Assembly (NCBI GenBank): GCA_964016885.1
Contig: OZ024742.1
Coordinates: forward strand, 75,330,001-75,394,000
Length of the DNA stretch: 64,000 bases
Direction: 5' to 3'
Origin: Eledone cirrhosa
Lineage: Eukaryota
Shown one piece after another: positions 43,857 through 58,140 of the stretch; position 1 is the stretch's first letter, and each line of letters begins with the position of its first letter. The notes under the pieces were generated by a model. The model was not told where the DNA came from, ran no database searches, and was given only the letters and a program-made list of their open reading frames with translations. The translations under genes were made by a program, and so were the position numbers.

Positions 43857-46800
43857 GATTTCTTTATTGGCCACAAGGGCTGACATCAAGAAAAACATTA
43901 CAGATGGCCCAGGACGGTACAGGACGGTACGATGTGGGTTTTGTGCGTGTAAAGATTTTTATCATTTATATAAGAAAAGAAAAAAAAGATATAGAAACAT
44001 ATATATATATAAACAATAAAAATGAAAATTGAAACAATGAAAAATTCCCCAATAGGAGGGAAACCCCCGAGGGTTACTTGTGGTGAAAACCACACAAAAA
44101 ACCACGGCCACCCTGACCACCAGGGCAAGCGCCCTTTTCTCAATTTTTTTCTCATTCCTCAAACTACAAGCGTATATTCAGAGCGGTCCCGTTCACTCGG
44201 ACCATTCTCGCTACATTCATCCACCTTTCAACAAACCTGCTAGAAGACAGCACTTGCTTCTCTACACTGATTTTCCTCTTCAAGTGAAAGTCGATAACCG
44301 GATCGTCCTATACCTTCGACATAGATCCACAAGTCAGCAATGCTCGGGCACTGAACGAGTGCGTGCACGACGGTTTCGTCGCTTTGCGCGCATCTCGGAC
44401 AGGCTCGGCTGACGGCACTTCGTGCCTGTAGAGCTTATCTCGAACCGGCAAAGATCCTCGGTAGTAATGCCATGCCAGGGATTTTTGGGAGTTATCCATA
44501 GGCTCTGGGCTGAAAGTTATCCGGAAGACAGCAAACAGCTGATTTTATTCGATGCCCAGGATCTCTCCAATAACGTCGTAGCTCTTCTCCTCCACTTGTC
44601 CTCTATAGAACGCCGAGGTGGGTGTTCCACCGATACTGGTGCCCAGCTGGCAGAGGGCAGTGAGCTCCTGGAGACATTCCAGTTTCCAAGCGCTATCCCT
44701 CGGCCTTTTCTTGACCCAGGACTGCAGTTCTGTCAAGGAGACGAGCTGGGGAAAACCGCGTCTGGCAAACGGCGACCACACCTGTTCACCGTCAAGGAAG
44801 CACCAGAGATGTCGCAGCCTCAGCGCATGTTTGCGCATCATCAGCCACGAAAGGGGTGTTGACAGCAGATGCTTCGTCTGAACATGGGAGCGCGCCCCTT
44901 CCACAAAAAGCGCAAGAGGAGGCGCTCCATTTTTGTGAGAGATGGGCTGGGGAAAGCGACGACGGTGAGGCGGTAGCAGATGGCGGATGCGATGTACACA
45001 TTCGCCACCTCCGCCCTGCATTTCAGGGACAGTTTTCTCTCGGCCCATTTCTGGGTGAGGGAGGCCATCCTGCTCGTCACTTCGCTCCAGTCTTTCTCCA
45101 TCTGGAGGTCCGGACCGAACCAGACCCCGAGCAATTTAACCGGTCCGTCCGTCCAACGCACCCGACGCTGTCGGACGACACGGACTTGCCTCTCCAGGTG
45201 TCGAGCTGTAAGCCCACCGACTTTTCCTGGTTTATCTTTGCTCCTGTCACCGCTTCGTATTCCTTGAGAGCGGTGCCGAGCATCTGGACGTGCCTGGTGG
45301 TAGACACCACAACGTTGAAGTCGTCGGCGCAAGCCGACTCGGATTTCCCGTTTCCTAGTTCACGTGGGACGCCCCTCATCGCCCCCAGTTTGTGCAGTAA
45401 CTTGCTTGAGAGCCAATACGTACAAGAGGGAATAGAGGGGACAACCCTGGCGGACTGAACGCATGAATCTGAACGGCTGCGACAGATGACCGTTCACCCT
45501 CACAACTGAGCAGATGTCGCTGGACATCACAGCGATCCAACTCCTGAAAACGGGTCCGAAACCGGCTGCCTCGAGGACCGCCGCCAGGTACCGATGGTCG
45601 ACCCTATCGAATTCTTTGGATTGATCCAAGTTGATCAGGGCCCCACCCGTGCCAGGTTCCTTAACCACCCTCTCTACGATCTATCGCATGAGGTGGAGGT
45701 TGTCGTTTATGGATCTGTCCGGAATGGTGCATGTCGGCACGTCTCCCACCAGACCATCGACGACAAGCCTCTACCTCGTTGCTAACACCTTGGCCAACAT
45801 CTGGAACTCTGCGTTTAGCAGAGTTATGGGCCTTAAGTTATCGAGAACATCCCATTGTTCGGGTCTTTTCTCACAGGCGCCACCGCTCGACGGCTCACAA
45901 AACTGGGAATGCTCCCGTGCTGCTGCCAGTTGCAGTAGACGTCTGCCAAGAGGTCACCGAACAGGTCTGGCATAAATGCATAAAGCTCTTAGGGCTGATC
46001 CATCCAAACCTGGCGATTTACCGCTCGTGCAGTTAACCATCGCATCACGTATTTCACCGGCTGTTATAGCTTTTCGCAACACTGTGCTGCGGTCGTCGAG
46101 AGCCGAGGTAGTCCGTTGATGTATGCACCGAAGTTCATACCCCGATCCCTCCCGCCGCTGATCCCCAACGGTTCAGCAATGTGCTGTTGAAAAGCCTCCC
46201 ACATCTGCTCGGGTTCGATCAACACGCACCCGTTTTGGTCAGACAAAGACCGAATTGTGGCTTGTTGCCACGTCGCGCCTCTGCCACACGGGCGCATTGC
46301 ACGGCTTTCGTCCCCTCGTGTTTCAGAGCACACGCTCTAGCACTGACAACGTAGCCTTCATGCTTTGCGTTGAAGAATTGGTCGAGTGCCAATCTCGCCG
46401 CAAGCACGTCGGTTGCGATGCCTGTCCTAAACGCCTCTTCTAGCTTTCTAACTAACTCTCCCTCTACTCTATTTTCCTCTATCACTACTTTGCTAAACCT
46501 AATCGATTCTACTTTAATTGCCCTTTTCAGGGCAAACCACCACCTGTTGTTGACGACCGCTCCCGTCAACGCCCGCTTAATTAATACGCTGATCCGGTCT
46601 CTGTAGGCTTTGCGCGCCGGGAAAGACGCGTTCAGCTTCCAGTAACCGGGTCCTTGTCTATGGAGTCTGTCTATGTCGATCTCACAGATCACAAATTTGT
46701 GGTCTGTGTAGTCGACTATTTTAAATTGTAGACAACTTATACTAGCCTAATCTAGTTCTCTGCAGAATACACGATCGAGATACGATCTGGATGACACGAT

Positions 46801-47342
46801 GGGGTTTGTCCATGTCCACATTGGCACATTCGGGTGACCCAGTCGATACGTTCACCCTCCTCCCCTATCTACTATCCCCACACAATCCCAGCGTTCATCC
46901 AAGATACCGTTCCAGTCGCCCACTAACACTAAAGAGCGGGGGGTCCAAGAAAAGTCTCTAGACGTCTGAAGAAATCTGGCCCTCCTGTCCCAGTTGGGGC
47001 GTAGACGGCTACTAGCCTGAAAGCATTGCCTTCGTTGCCGGTCACGTCCAGCACCACCGACTTACCTTCTGGGTCTAGCAAGATGGCCCGTATGGCGTGA
47101 TCCAAGCCTCTCCGAAAAAGGACGGCAACGCTCTCCCCATTCATTGACGGCTGCGAGATGCGTATACATCGTAGCCGCTGAAGATCGGTGCTTCGGAGAT
47201 TCTGGTCTCGCTGATGGCCACCACATGTATGTTTAGTGACCTGAGGTCGTTGAGCAGGTGGCCCTGCTTCCAAGATGACCCCAGGCCATGTGCATTTATA
47301 CAGTCTATTCATAGTGCGGCCATGTTGGATGAGAAACGGGGC
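43857..47342 (-). mobile_element. Tx1/L1-clade LINE copy 1 (ORF2 only: APE + RT + Zn finger; 44164-47323, many frameshifts)
   Basis: Motifs: GPGYWKLNAS, DQSKEFDRVDH, SVRQGCP, SACADD, LSLKCRA. AATAAA then an (ATT)n tail. Candidate TSD AAAATAATAAT at 43846-43856 and 47343-47353. Confidence 0.9.
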
Positions 47343-47353
47343 AAAATAATAAT

Positions 47354-50300
47354 GCTTTCTTTATTAACCACAAGGTTTACACAGAGTAAAACATTAAGGG
47401 CAATACAGAACAATACAGGATGGTACAAATGGGCATTTCTGCGTATAAAAAAAGAAAACAAAATCAGAGGAATTAACAAAAAAAAAAAATGAAAAATTCC
47501 CCAATAGGAGGGAGACTTCGGAGGGCCATTCGTGGAGAAACCCCACTTAAAAAGCCACGGTGACCCTGACCACCGGGGCAAGTGCCCTCTCCCAGTTTTC
47601 CACCTTCAATTTACAGGCACATACACGGAGTAGGGCCATTCACTCGGAGCATTCTTGTCTTTCTCACCCATCTTTCAATAAAATGGTGGGAAGAGAGCAC
47701 TTCCCTTTCTAACCTGATTTTCCTTTTCAAATTAAATTTCAAAAAGTTAATCAGGGCATCACCGAAGGGGATCAGCCCTTTCAAACGCGTCCACCACACT
47801 ATCTCTTTCGCCATGGCCACCAGACAGATAAAAACTTTCTGTCCTTCCCGGCTAAAGGAGGAGGGCGGGAAATCCTCACGATGGACTCAGCTGATAGCCG
47901 GATCCGTCCTACACACGACAGCAGGTGTTCGACATAAACCCAAGTTCGACATAAACACAAGTCAGCAATGCTCGGAAACTGGACAAGTGCGTGCAGGACG
48001 GTTTCCTCGTTCTGCGTGCATCTCGGACATGACCGGCTGACGGCACGTCCATGCCTGTAGAGTTTATCCCGAACTGGGAAATCTCCTCGGTAGCACTGCC
48101 AGGCCAGGGATTTCTGGAAGTTGTCCATAGGCCCCGGCCCGAAAGTTCTTCCGTAAAGTTTGGCTAGTTGATTTTCGTCGACGCCTAGAGTTTCCCCAAG
48201 TACGTCGGCGCTCTTCCCCTCCACTAATCCTCTATAGAACGCCAAGGTGGAGTTTCTACCGATCACATTGATCTAGAGATTTAAGCGCCTGAAGACATTC
48301 CAGTCTCCAAGCGCCCCCTCTCGGTCTTCGCTTGACCCAGGACTGCAGCTCCGTCAAGGAGACGAGCTGGGGAAAGACGCGTCTAGCAAACGGCGTCCAC
48401 ACCTGATCACCGTCGAGGAAGATATGGAGATGTCGTAGCCTGAGCGCGTGTCGGCGCATCATCAGCCACGACATGCCCAGCTCTCTACGTAGCGGGTGTT
48501 GACAGCAGATGCACCACCTGACCATTGGAGCGTGTCCCTTCCACAAAATGCGAAAGAGCAAACGCTCCAGTGCAGTCAGGCGAGGCTTAGGACAAGGCAC
48601 GACGGTCAGGCGGTAGTAGATGACGGACGCGATGTACGCATTCACGACATCTGCTCGACCTTTCAGGGATAGCTTCCTCTCTGCCCATTTCTGGGTGAGA
48701 GAAGCCACCCTATTCGTCACCTTGTCCCAGTTTTTGTCCGTCTGGAGGTCCCGACCGAACCAGCCCCCTAGCAATTTAACCGGTCCGTCCGTCCAGCGCC
48801 GAACGACGCTGTTCGACGGCATGGACCTGTCTTTCCAGGTGCCGAGCCTCAGGCCCACGAACTTTTCCTGGTTGATCATTGCTCCTGTCACCGCTTCGTA
48901 TTCTCTTAGTGTAGTGCCGATTGGCTCGATGTGTTTGGCGTTCGAAACCACTACGGTGACATCGTCCGCATATGCTGACACGGATCTTCCGCATCCTAGT
49001 TCGCGCGGGACCCCTCTCAGCGTCTCCAGTCTGTACAGTAATGCCTCGCGAGTCAATACGTACAAGAGGGACGAGAGGGGACATCCTTGGCAGACCGAGC
49101 CCATGATGTTCAACGGTTCTGGAAGGTGACCGTTTACTCTCACCACAGAGCAGATGTCGCTGAGCATGGCAGCAATCCAGCTTCTGAAGACGGGCCCAAA
49201 GCCAGCCGCCCTCAGGACTGCCTCCATATAACGATGGTCGACCCTATCGAAAGCTTTCGACTGATCTAAATCGATCAACGACCCACCCGTTCCAGGTTCC
49301 CTAGCAACCCTCTCCACGATGTAACGCATGAGGTGGAGGTTGTCGTGGATGGATCTGTCTGGAATTGCGCATGTCTACGCCTCTCCCACCAGACCACCAA
49401 CGACAAGCACCAACCTCTTTGCTACCAGCTTGGCCAAGATCTTTTTCCATACTGTTTCCCATTCCTCCTCGTGATCACAGTCTGTCTCAAGTTGTGACAG
49501 GTCGGGGAGTGGAAAATCCTCCACAGGCGTTGGTTTTGGTTGTAGCGTGGTGGGTGGTGGAGGCGCTGGTGCTAATTCTGGCGTGGCGGGTAGTGGTGGT
49601 GTTGGTTTTTTACTGTTGCTGCTACAGTTGCTGTTGTTGGTGCTGCTAAGGTTGTTTCTGTTGTTGCTGATACAGTTGTTGGTGCTATTTCTGCTGCTGG
49701 TTTTGATGGTTGAGTCACTGGGTTGGACAGGAGTAGTGGCCTCAACCTTTTAGCCTGAGGGCAGAAAGCCCTTAGGTGGGTTCCTTCGCCACAAACGACA
49801 CACCTAGGCCTTCTACCCTCAACGATTACGGTGAGGTGGCTGCCTTCATTGAGGTCTATCACCTCTGGAATTTCCTGTATGTATTTTTGGTTCGCTTGGA
49901 TCAGGAGCTCCATCCTAGATCTGGACCAGTTCTTCTGCTTTACTTTTATCGCCTCAATTACCTTTGTGTCGGCAAGGACGGCAACCATTAGCCAGTGAAT
50001 TTCAATGGCCGGCGTAACCTGGATCACCCTTATCCTTACCAGCCTCTGATTTCAATAGCTTGGGACGAGTGTGAACTCGTCACTTTTTAACTGGACCATG
50101 GAGTGCTCTCTGGCTTCCTGTGGGGTTCCAAAGAACACTTCCACGGTTCCATATTTTTGCCCACGTCTGATGTGGGTTTTTTGAGCCCACACATGTCCCA
50201 ACGCTATTTGTACCTGGGACTCGGATACCCGTTCCACTCGGCTGTTTAAATATTTATTGTGCGATATGACACGGTGCATAGGCACCGATGCTCCATGGTG

Positions 50301-51327
50301 TTAGTTGGGGGTGGGGGGTGGGGGTCGAGTGCGGCTGCCCCTGTAACCATATTTTTTTACCATTCGCTTGCCTTCATTCAATTCTTCCTGGCTTACCTCA
50401 GCCGTTTCGTTTTTGTTTGACGCTTTAGCAAACGACATATTTGGTTTTGCGATGGTATTGATGTTGTTGTTGTTATTCCTATTCTTGCTGTTGTTGCTGT
50501 TGTTGTTATTGCTATTTTTGTTGTTATTATTATTAGTTTCAGTTGTGGTGGTGGTGGTGTCAGTGGCGTTCGGCGTGGAAGAGTCGATTTTGGGAGAATC
50601 CATTTCGATATCACGAGATAATAATTTACTTTTTGTTTCGGTTGTTGCTGTGGTGGTGGTGGTGGTGATATCAGTGGTGTTCGTTGTTCTTTTTGACATT
50701 GTGGTGGTGGGGATGGCGACTTTAACACTTGTAGACATTGGTAATGGCGGGAAATCGATGTCTGCATGTGACAAATCTAAATACTTGCCACTGCTATTAT
50801 TTATATTTTTAGGGCGGTGGATTGGCAGTATCGGTAGAGGGTCGGACGCCATGCTTTGACGCATAGAGTTACGGCCCTTGCCATTCTCAGTTCAAATCCC
50901 GCCGAGGTTAACTTTGCTTTTCATCCTTACGGGGTCGATAAAATAAAGTGCCAGTAATACACTGGGTAATTGCTGGCGTTGTGCCAAAAGTAGAAACAAT
51001 TATTTATATTTTCAGTGTTGGCAACTGTAGCAAGGTTTACAATGGTGGTCGTGGGAGATGTTAGTCTGTTAGGAAACGCTGTCAGCAGATTTGGGTGGCT
51101 GAATGCCGTCAATGTTTTATTTTTCAAAGAAATCTTTTTTGGATAAAATAAAGTTTGAATTTTGGGCTCAAGGCCCCAATATTATTGAGTGTCCTTTTCA
51201 GAAAGCAATATATATGAATTAGAAAACACTTAACAACAAACGTTTTCCATAATTTGCAATTTGAAACAACTGAAAACAACAAACCTTTGTGGAGCTCACG
51301 ATAATGCGATTTCCTACGTAGGTCGCC
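47354..51327 (-). mobile_element. Tx1/L1-clade LINE copy 2: ORF1 (CCHC knuckle) joined directly to the RT by an internal deletion; interrupted by a SINE
   Basis: ORF1 contains RCVVCGEGTHLRAFCP. RT contains DQSKAFDRVDH, QGCPLS and SAYADD; CPRC..ETVLHAL follows. The 3' UTR is homologous to copy 1. The 5' end is inferred from (AAT)n resuming at 51328. Confidence 0.85.
50812..51001 (+). mobile_element. Full-length tRNA-derived SINE with 14-bp TSD
   Basis: A-box-like TGGCAGTATCGG (50823) and B-box GTTCAAATCC (50890). TSD ATTATTTATATTTT at 50796-50809 and 50999-51012. Confidence 0.92.
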
Positions 51328-53580
51328 AATAATAATAATAGTAATAATAATAAATGTGAAGACTAAACTCCAAAGAGGGCTCTATAAGGATAAATATATA
51401 TCAAATATATAAGAACTCTAGAGCAAATATTTATTAAAATAACAGATTTTCAGAAGATCCCGTTAAGTGTGAAAGCAGCGATTCTTTGCTTAAACTTTAA
51501 TCTGTTATTTTAATAAATATATATATATATACCTGTCACTGTACATAGTTACATACATGAGGATAAATTGATAGATAGATAGATCAGCTTAGATGGTTAT
51601 GTATACAGGTAGAATTATGTGAATGAAATGGAATTTGATCTACATTTATTGGCTGGAAGATAATTTTAAGAGAAACTTAGTTTGTGATGTTATTACGACA
51701 AAACTAGTAGATAATTCTCCCTCTATATATGGATTCATATCTCCTCTGCCACGAACAATTCATTTAGATCAATTGAAATAATGTGTTTTGTCAAGGATAC
51801 AACGTGACACAGAAAATGAAGCGCATGATCAACGACACAAATCCCCAAGCCACGTGCATTCAGAATAGCAGTGTAATCTACAAATGTGTTATCCTCATCT
51901 CTATCATAAGCGATAAGCATTTTACGTTACGAAAAGTTCTCAACAGAATGCCCAATTTGTATAGGAAAGGTTTTGAAGAAAGCTACATAGTTTTCTTTCT
52001 TCTTTGGCATATTTGTAGTCCTTAATACTAGGACAATTCTAATGCTCATTGCGTTTCTTTGTAGTAGATATTTTTTTTATCACAAGGCAGAAACTATTTT
52101 CTTAACCTGAAACAATAGATAATTACAACATCATTAAAAACAGTTTTCTTCCTTTACTGTTCTTTTAGTAGAATTTTGGGATATCATGTAATAATGAAAA
52201 AAGGAAACCACCAATTTGCAGAGAAATTACCAATGACGCACTCACAAACAAATTACCAACTGACAACAAATGAGGGAAACGTATCTTTTCACTACTAATT
52301 TAGCGCAGTTAAGTATACTAAATACTGCATATAAAATGTCTATATTTGTACAAAAGTTTAAATTGTTAATTTGTATCTATGATTATTTTATGACAATTTA
52401 AAATGATTTATCATAAATATAATAATACATAATTAATAAAAGCCTATTTTTTAAACATAAATTTCGAATATTACTTTTGATAACCTTAAAAGCTACGCAC
52501 TTCATTTTTCCTCACTCTTACATTCGACGATGTTTCTCACATAAAAAAACTACTATAGTTTATATCTCATTGTTGCTGTTTAATCCCAGGTCAGGTCTGT
52601 CCAAGCAAAGTGAGATATTGTAAATATTTCGTAAGTTTTCTTCAGGTGTAGAATATCAAGGACTACATTAATCACTGTGTCTTTTATTTTGTGAGACGTA
52701 AACATGTAATCTCAGTGATGCTTGGTTGCTATTTTTAGCATTTCAAGACTCCATGTAGGGGTGTAGTCATGCTTATTTATAGGTGTAAAATACTGGGGAG
52801 AAAAATAATGAAAGAACAAGTGTTTCATTATTCTTCATTCTAAACCCGAATCCGAAGGGAGTGAGTTTGTCTTATCCCTTGGCTGATTAACAAAATGTTG
52901 GCATATACTGGGGATTTATTGAATATATTATTTCGTTTAACATAATACTGTATTTGAGCGAATGTATGAAACCAAGCGAGTTTATTTATCATACAAATCA
53001 CATGTAGACAGGTTAGAACATATTCTGTTCCAGCAAACTTATCTACTAATCTATTTAGATGATCATTGCATTGCTATATTAAAAAAAGTGCAGTGGAATT
53101 TAGAAAGACACTTATTACACAAATGTAGAAAGGAATAAGCGTCAAGTATGCACAATCTGTTTGTTTCGATTAAAACCTAAAAGTTGTCCAAATGTTTCTT
53201 ATTTAATTAATGATGTGCAATTAGTAATGTTTACATATTCACATACACACATACACATGTGTATCTGTGTGTGTGTAGGTGTGTGTACATCCGCGCACAG
53301 ATGGTAGCAACCGTTTTGTATCTCAGCTTAGAAGATTTTAATTAATTCTGAATACATATGGCTAGGGTACTATGGAAATCGTTGCGTCCTATTGTGTCGA
53401 CTGCAACCCAGGAAGATACAGTAATAGAGTAAAGCAGAATTGGTAAGATTGATAATAGGGAAAAGGTGCATTCACATATAGAGAGCAATAACATAAAGAG
53501 ATGGAGAAATATATAGAGAGAGAAAGCGAAACTAATCGGGAACGAAAGAAAGAACTTGAAAGATTGAAGGATATATATAA

Positions 53581-53694
<114 letters not shown>

Positions 53695-54573
53695 ATGCCA
53701 GAGAGGAAAATAAAGCGAGAGTGTGTTCAGGCATTTTATTGTAGAGAAACAACTTCAATATATAGATCTTTTCCTTTGTTAAAATCTGTTTTCACGAACT
53801 TTTAATTGCAACGGGGAATAACGACTTCAATGTTCTCCTCATTGGTCAAGTGAGGTATATGGTGGTGTGGGATCAAGGAAATCGTTTGTGCACGCTTTAA
53901 TGATTAACTTGTAAAGTCCATCATGTTTAGACTTGTAGTGGAAAGCAAGAAATAGCAAGAATGTTAGAGAGAGGGAGGGAAAGAGAGGGAAAGGAAAAGA
54001 AAGGGGAGGTTGAAAGATAATGAGGAAAGATATAATTGCTGTCTCATTTAATGCTTCTATATATATAGTATGATTCATTAACGTCCGTGTAATCCGGTGC
54101 TGTGTGTGTGTCAGTGTTTGCTAAATGATCCTGACAGCTATGCTCAAAGTAAAAATAATACATACATATGTATATATACCTCCATACGTAGATATCTGCA
54201 TGTATGCAAATATTTGTGTTCTTTCAATGACAAACGTATGCTTACACATACACACAAGCGTGCGCACGCACACAATCACCACACACGAACACACATGCAA
54301 ACAAACACATATACGCGCTCTTATATGCAGAAATCTACAAGAACAGTGATCAGTTATCAGATGTCTCCTTCGATCTTTCACGATCTTATCTAAAAGCAGT
54401 CTTTTTTATTCTTAGTAGGATAATTAAATAGCGAGTATATCACATAGTTGATATGTAGAGGGAACATAAAAACCTGTATCTCTGGCATTCGTTTTACCTT
54501 TATTAACAAACATAGGTATGTCCTTAAAAGATATGCTTCACAGCCATGTGCTTTTCGTTATATTACCAATACG

Positions 54574-54708
54574 CATAGTTACGTCCCTTTACAATCTGAG
54601 TTCAAATCCCGCCAAGGTTAACTTTGCTTTCATCCTTACGGGGTAGGTAAAATAAAGTACCAGTAATGCACTAGTTAATTGCTGGCCTTGTGCCAAAAGT
54701 AGAAACAG
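54574..54708 (+). mobile_element. 5'-truncated SINE with 16-bp TSD
   Basis: B box and 3' body present. TSD TTATAT(T/G)ACCAATACG at 54558-54573 and 54709-54724. Confidence 0.88.
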
Positions 54709-55022
54709 TTATATGACCAATACGTAGTGCACTGGGAAAGTGTATAACATACGCTTCCGTCAACCAAAACCTTGTGAGTGAACTTTGGTTGGCGGAAATT
54801 GTGTAGAAGCTCAATGGAAGGATCGTTTTAGTATTACCTTTTTAGGCTTAACCCATAACCTGGTTTAAGTTTACTAACTGGCGTATGGTTGTCTTAAGCA
54901 GAAATCGCTTTTCTGCAAGCATTCAGATCATGTCTTTGTTCTGAAGATACTTTAATATCTTTCTCTGTTCAATCTTACAAGTTCTGGAAAAGACAATGGG
55001 CGCTGCCTTTCTTATATTATTA

Positions 55023-55150
55023 GCCATTCTGAGTTCAAATCCCCCCAATGTTAACTTTGCCTTTCATCGATACGGAGTCGATGAGATAAAGTACCAGTAA
55101 TGTACTGGATAATTGCTGGCCTTGTGCCAAAAGTAGAAACAATTATTATT
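55023..55150 (+). mobile_element. 5'-truncated SINE
   Basis: GAGTTCAAATCCC...CCTTGTGCCAAAAGTAGAAACAATTATTATT. Confidence 0.88.
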
Positions 55151-55487
55151 ACTTCGTATTGCCACATACGTTGTTCCCTCATTTTTATTCTCTTATCTTT
55201 ATTGTCCCCTTGCTTTCGATCGCTTTATCATAATTTGTTATTGTCGATCGCCATGCTTAATTATCATTTCCTTATATTTCCATCAGTAATGATTTCTTAC
55301 ATTGGCACACGATCAGAAATCATGGAAGAAGGAACAATCAATTATATCGATCCGTACTCAGTACTTATTTCATACTTATGTTATCAACGACGAAATTATG
55401 CCCTGGCGAAAGCCCCCAAGAATTACAATGTTCTCCCCGCCTTTATGATTTCCGCTTACCTTTATTGCCCTTTATTTTTCTATTCAT

Positions 55488-56221
<734 letters not shown>

Positions 56222-57735
56222 AACTACGTTTTCTCTTTCACACTAACTTCCACTTAACTGCCTCTTTTTACTCCTTCAATTTCTTCGATTGTCTTTTATC
56301 TCACATTTTCTAACTATGCAACCAAATCTATCTTTTACACTTACAGTTTCCATTATATGTCGGTTTCAAAGCTTTTCTAACATCTTCAGTAACTCCAATT
56401 AGAAATAAATGCTGGTATTTGTAAATTGTTTTCGTGTACCTTTTAGTTTGTATTTGAATGAATAATTATAATACGATTTCCTCAATTCATATCTTTTATT
56501 CAAAATTGATACTTTTAAAATAATGATGCGCCCATCACTAATATGGCAGTAGAGAAATCCCGCACTTACAACACCTATTCCCAATAACCTCAAGTAAATA
56601 AATAAAATATGTTTAATAATAGTTTCAAATGAGTTACAACTATCTTCACTTACATATAATTTTGTTTGCTTTTAATATGCATGGATTAGCTATATGGCAT
56701 TTACACAACTCAATTCTGAAATATTCTTTTCATATTAAGCACGTATCTATAGCACTGTGGATTATACACTAGATTGCTATAAACGTTTTGCAAAACAATT
56801 TCGTTTATCACATGAAAGGTAACTTTTCAAGAGAAAGATTATATTGTTTTATCAAGCCGAATATACATTCATCAATAACAATTTTGGTTCATTTATAGCT
56901 ATTATTCACTTTGGGCAACGCCAAATATTCAGTTAGTATATTTAAAAAATGTATTTTAATCTGCTTTAGTTGACTGTTCAATCGTTAATTCTATATATAC
57001 CTTATATCTGCCTTCCTCTACATATTCTAAGAAGATGTTTTTGTAAAGATACGTTTAGGAATGACACTGGAAACAATTTGTTTTACCTTTCTATTCTGTC
57101 TATATTATAATTGAATCGCATGTTTTATACAAAACATTGTTTTTCAACTAATGGAGATGACGCGTTTTTGATTGTCCGAGGAAGTCATGTCAATAAATTT
57201 AATTACATTTACTTTTCATGCTTTGCACAATCACGTTTCATCTTTCATACGCATTTTGAAGCTTTCAAGATTTATAACGAAATTTACATGAAAACAGATG
57301 AAATTTTGAAATCTACATTTTATTAAATAATTAATCGTTTCCGGTTCTAGTTCTCTGTAATAAGCAATTATATTTGCTTTATGAACAAGAACGGCATAAT
57401 GGGGCATATGTGACGCATTCAAGAAATGCTGGTTATCATATTAACAGAATCCTTTCAACAATTACCAACGCCTAATCACAAGCATGCTGAAGAAAATGAT
57501 AAGATTGATGTGATTGAACTTCGTAACAATGTTGAAAATGAATTATCTCCTTTTTCATATTGCTATTAAACTCTGCTTCATCTGCCTGAAAGTAAATGTT
57601 GTTTCCTCTGGTAATTTCATTTCCCTCCCTGTCATATCGATTGACACTACTAGAGCCAAATGTTCTCTTCAAACATTTCTATGATACGAAACACTAAATA
57701 CGTTCTTATCAATGTATCTGAGAGTGTTAAATAAT

Positions 57736-57906
57736 TGTTTCTACGTTTGGCACAATGCCAGCAATTATCCCAGTGCATTACTGGTACTTTATTTTATCGA
57801 CTCCGTAAGGATGAAAGGCAAAGTTAACTTCGGCGGGATTTGAACCCAGAATGGCAAGGGCCGCAACTCTATGCGTCAAAGCATGGCATCCGACCCTCTA
57901 CCGCCC
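57736..57906 (-). mobile_element. SINE with a short internal deletion in the head
   Basis: Reverse complement of the 50812 family, flanked by AGTGTTAAATAAT at 57723 and 57908. Confidence 0.9.
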
Positions 57907-57920
57907 TAGTGTTAAATAAT

Positions 57921-58140
57921 GATTTCTTATATAGTCACAAGGCCAGCAATTTTTGGGGAGGGAAAAGTCGTTTAAATCGTCCCCAGTATGTTACTGGTGC
58001 TTTATTTTATCGACCCCGTAAGGATGAAAGGCAAAGTTAACCTCGGCGGGATGTGAACTCAGGTCATAAAGGGCCGTAACTCTCTGCTACAAAGGATGGT
58101 GTCTGACGCTCTACCGGTACTGACAATCCACTGCCCCACC
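57921..58140 (-). mobile_element. SINE, longer-tailed subfamily
   Basis: Same head and body with an extra ~25 nt in the 3' part, flanked by AGTGTTAAATAAT at 57908 and 58142. Confidence 0.9.

Noticed and set aside
50812-50905. tRNA gene
   Set aside because: A and B boxes are present, but there is no cloverleaf, and a SINE body and TSD follow.
52570-52760. Possible decayed interspersed repeat (shares CTTGGTTGCTATTT with ~29658)
   Set aside because: The match is too short to define or classify without a library.
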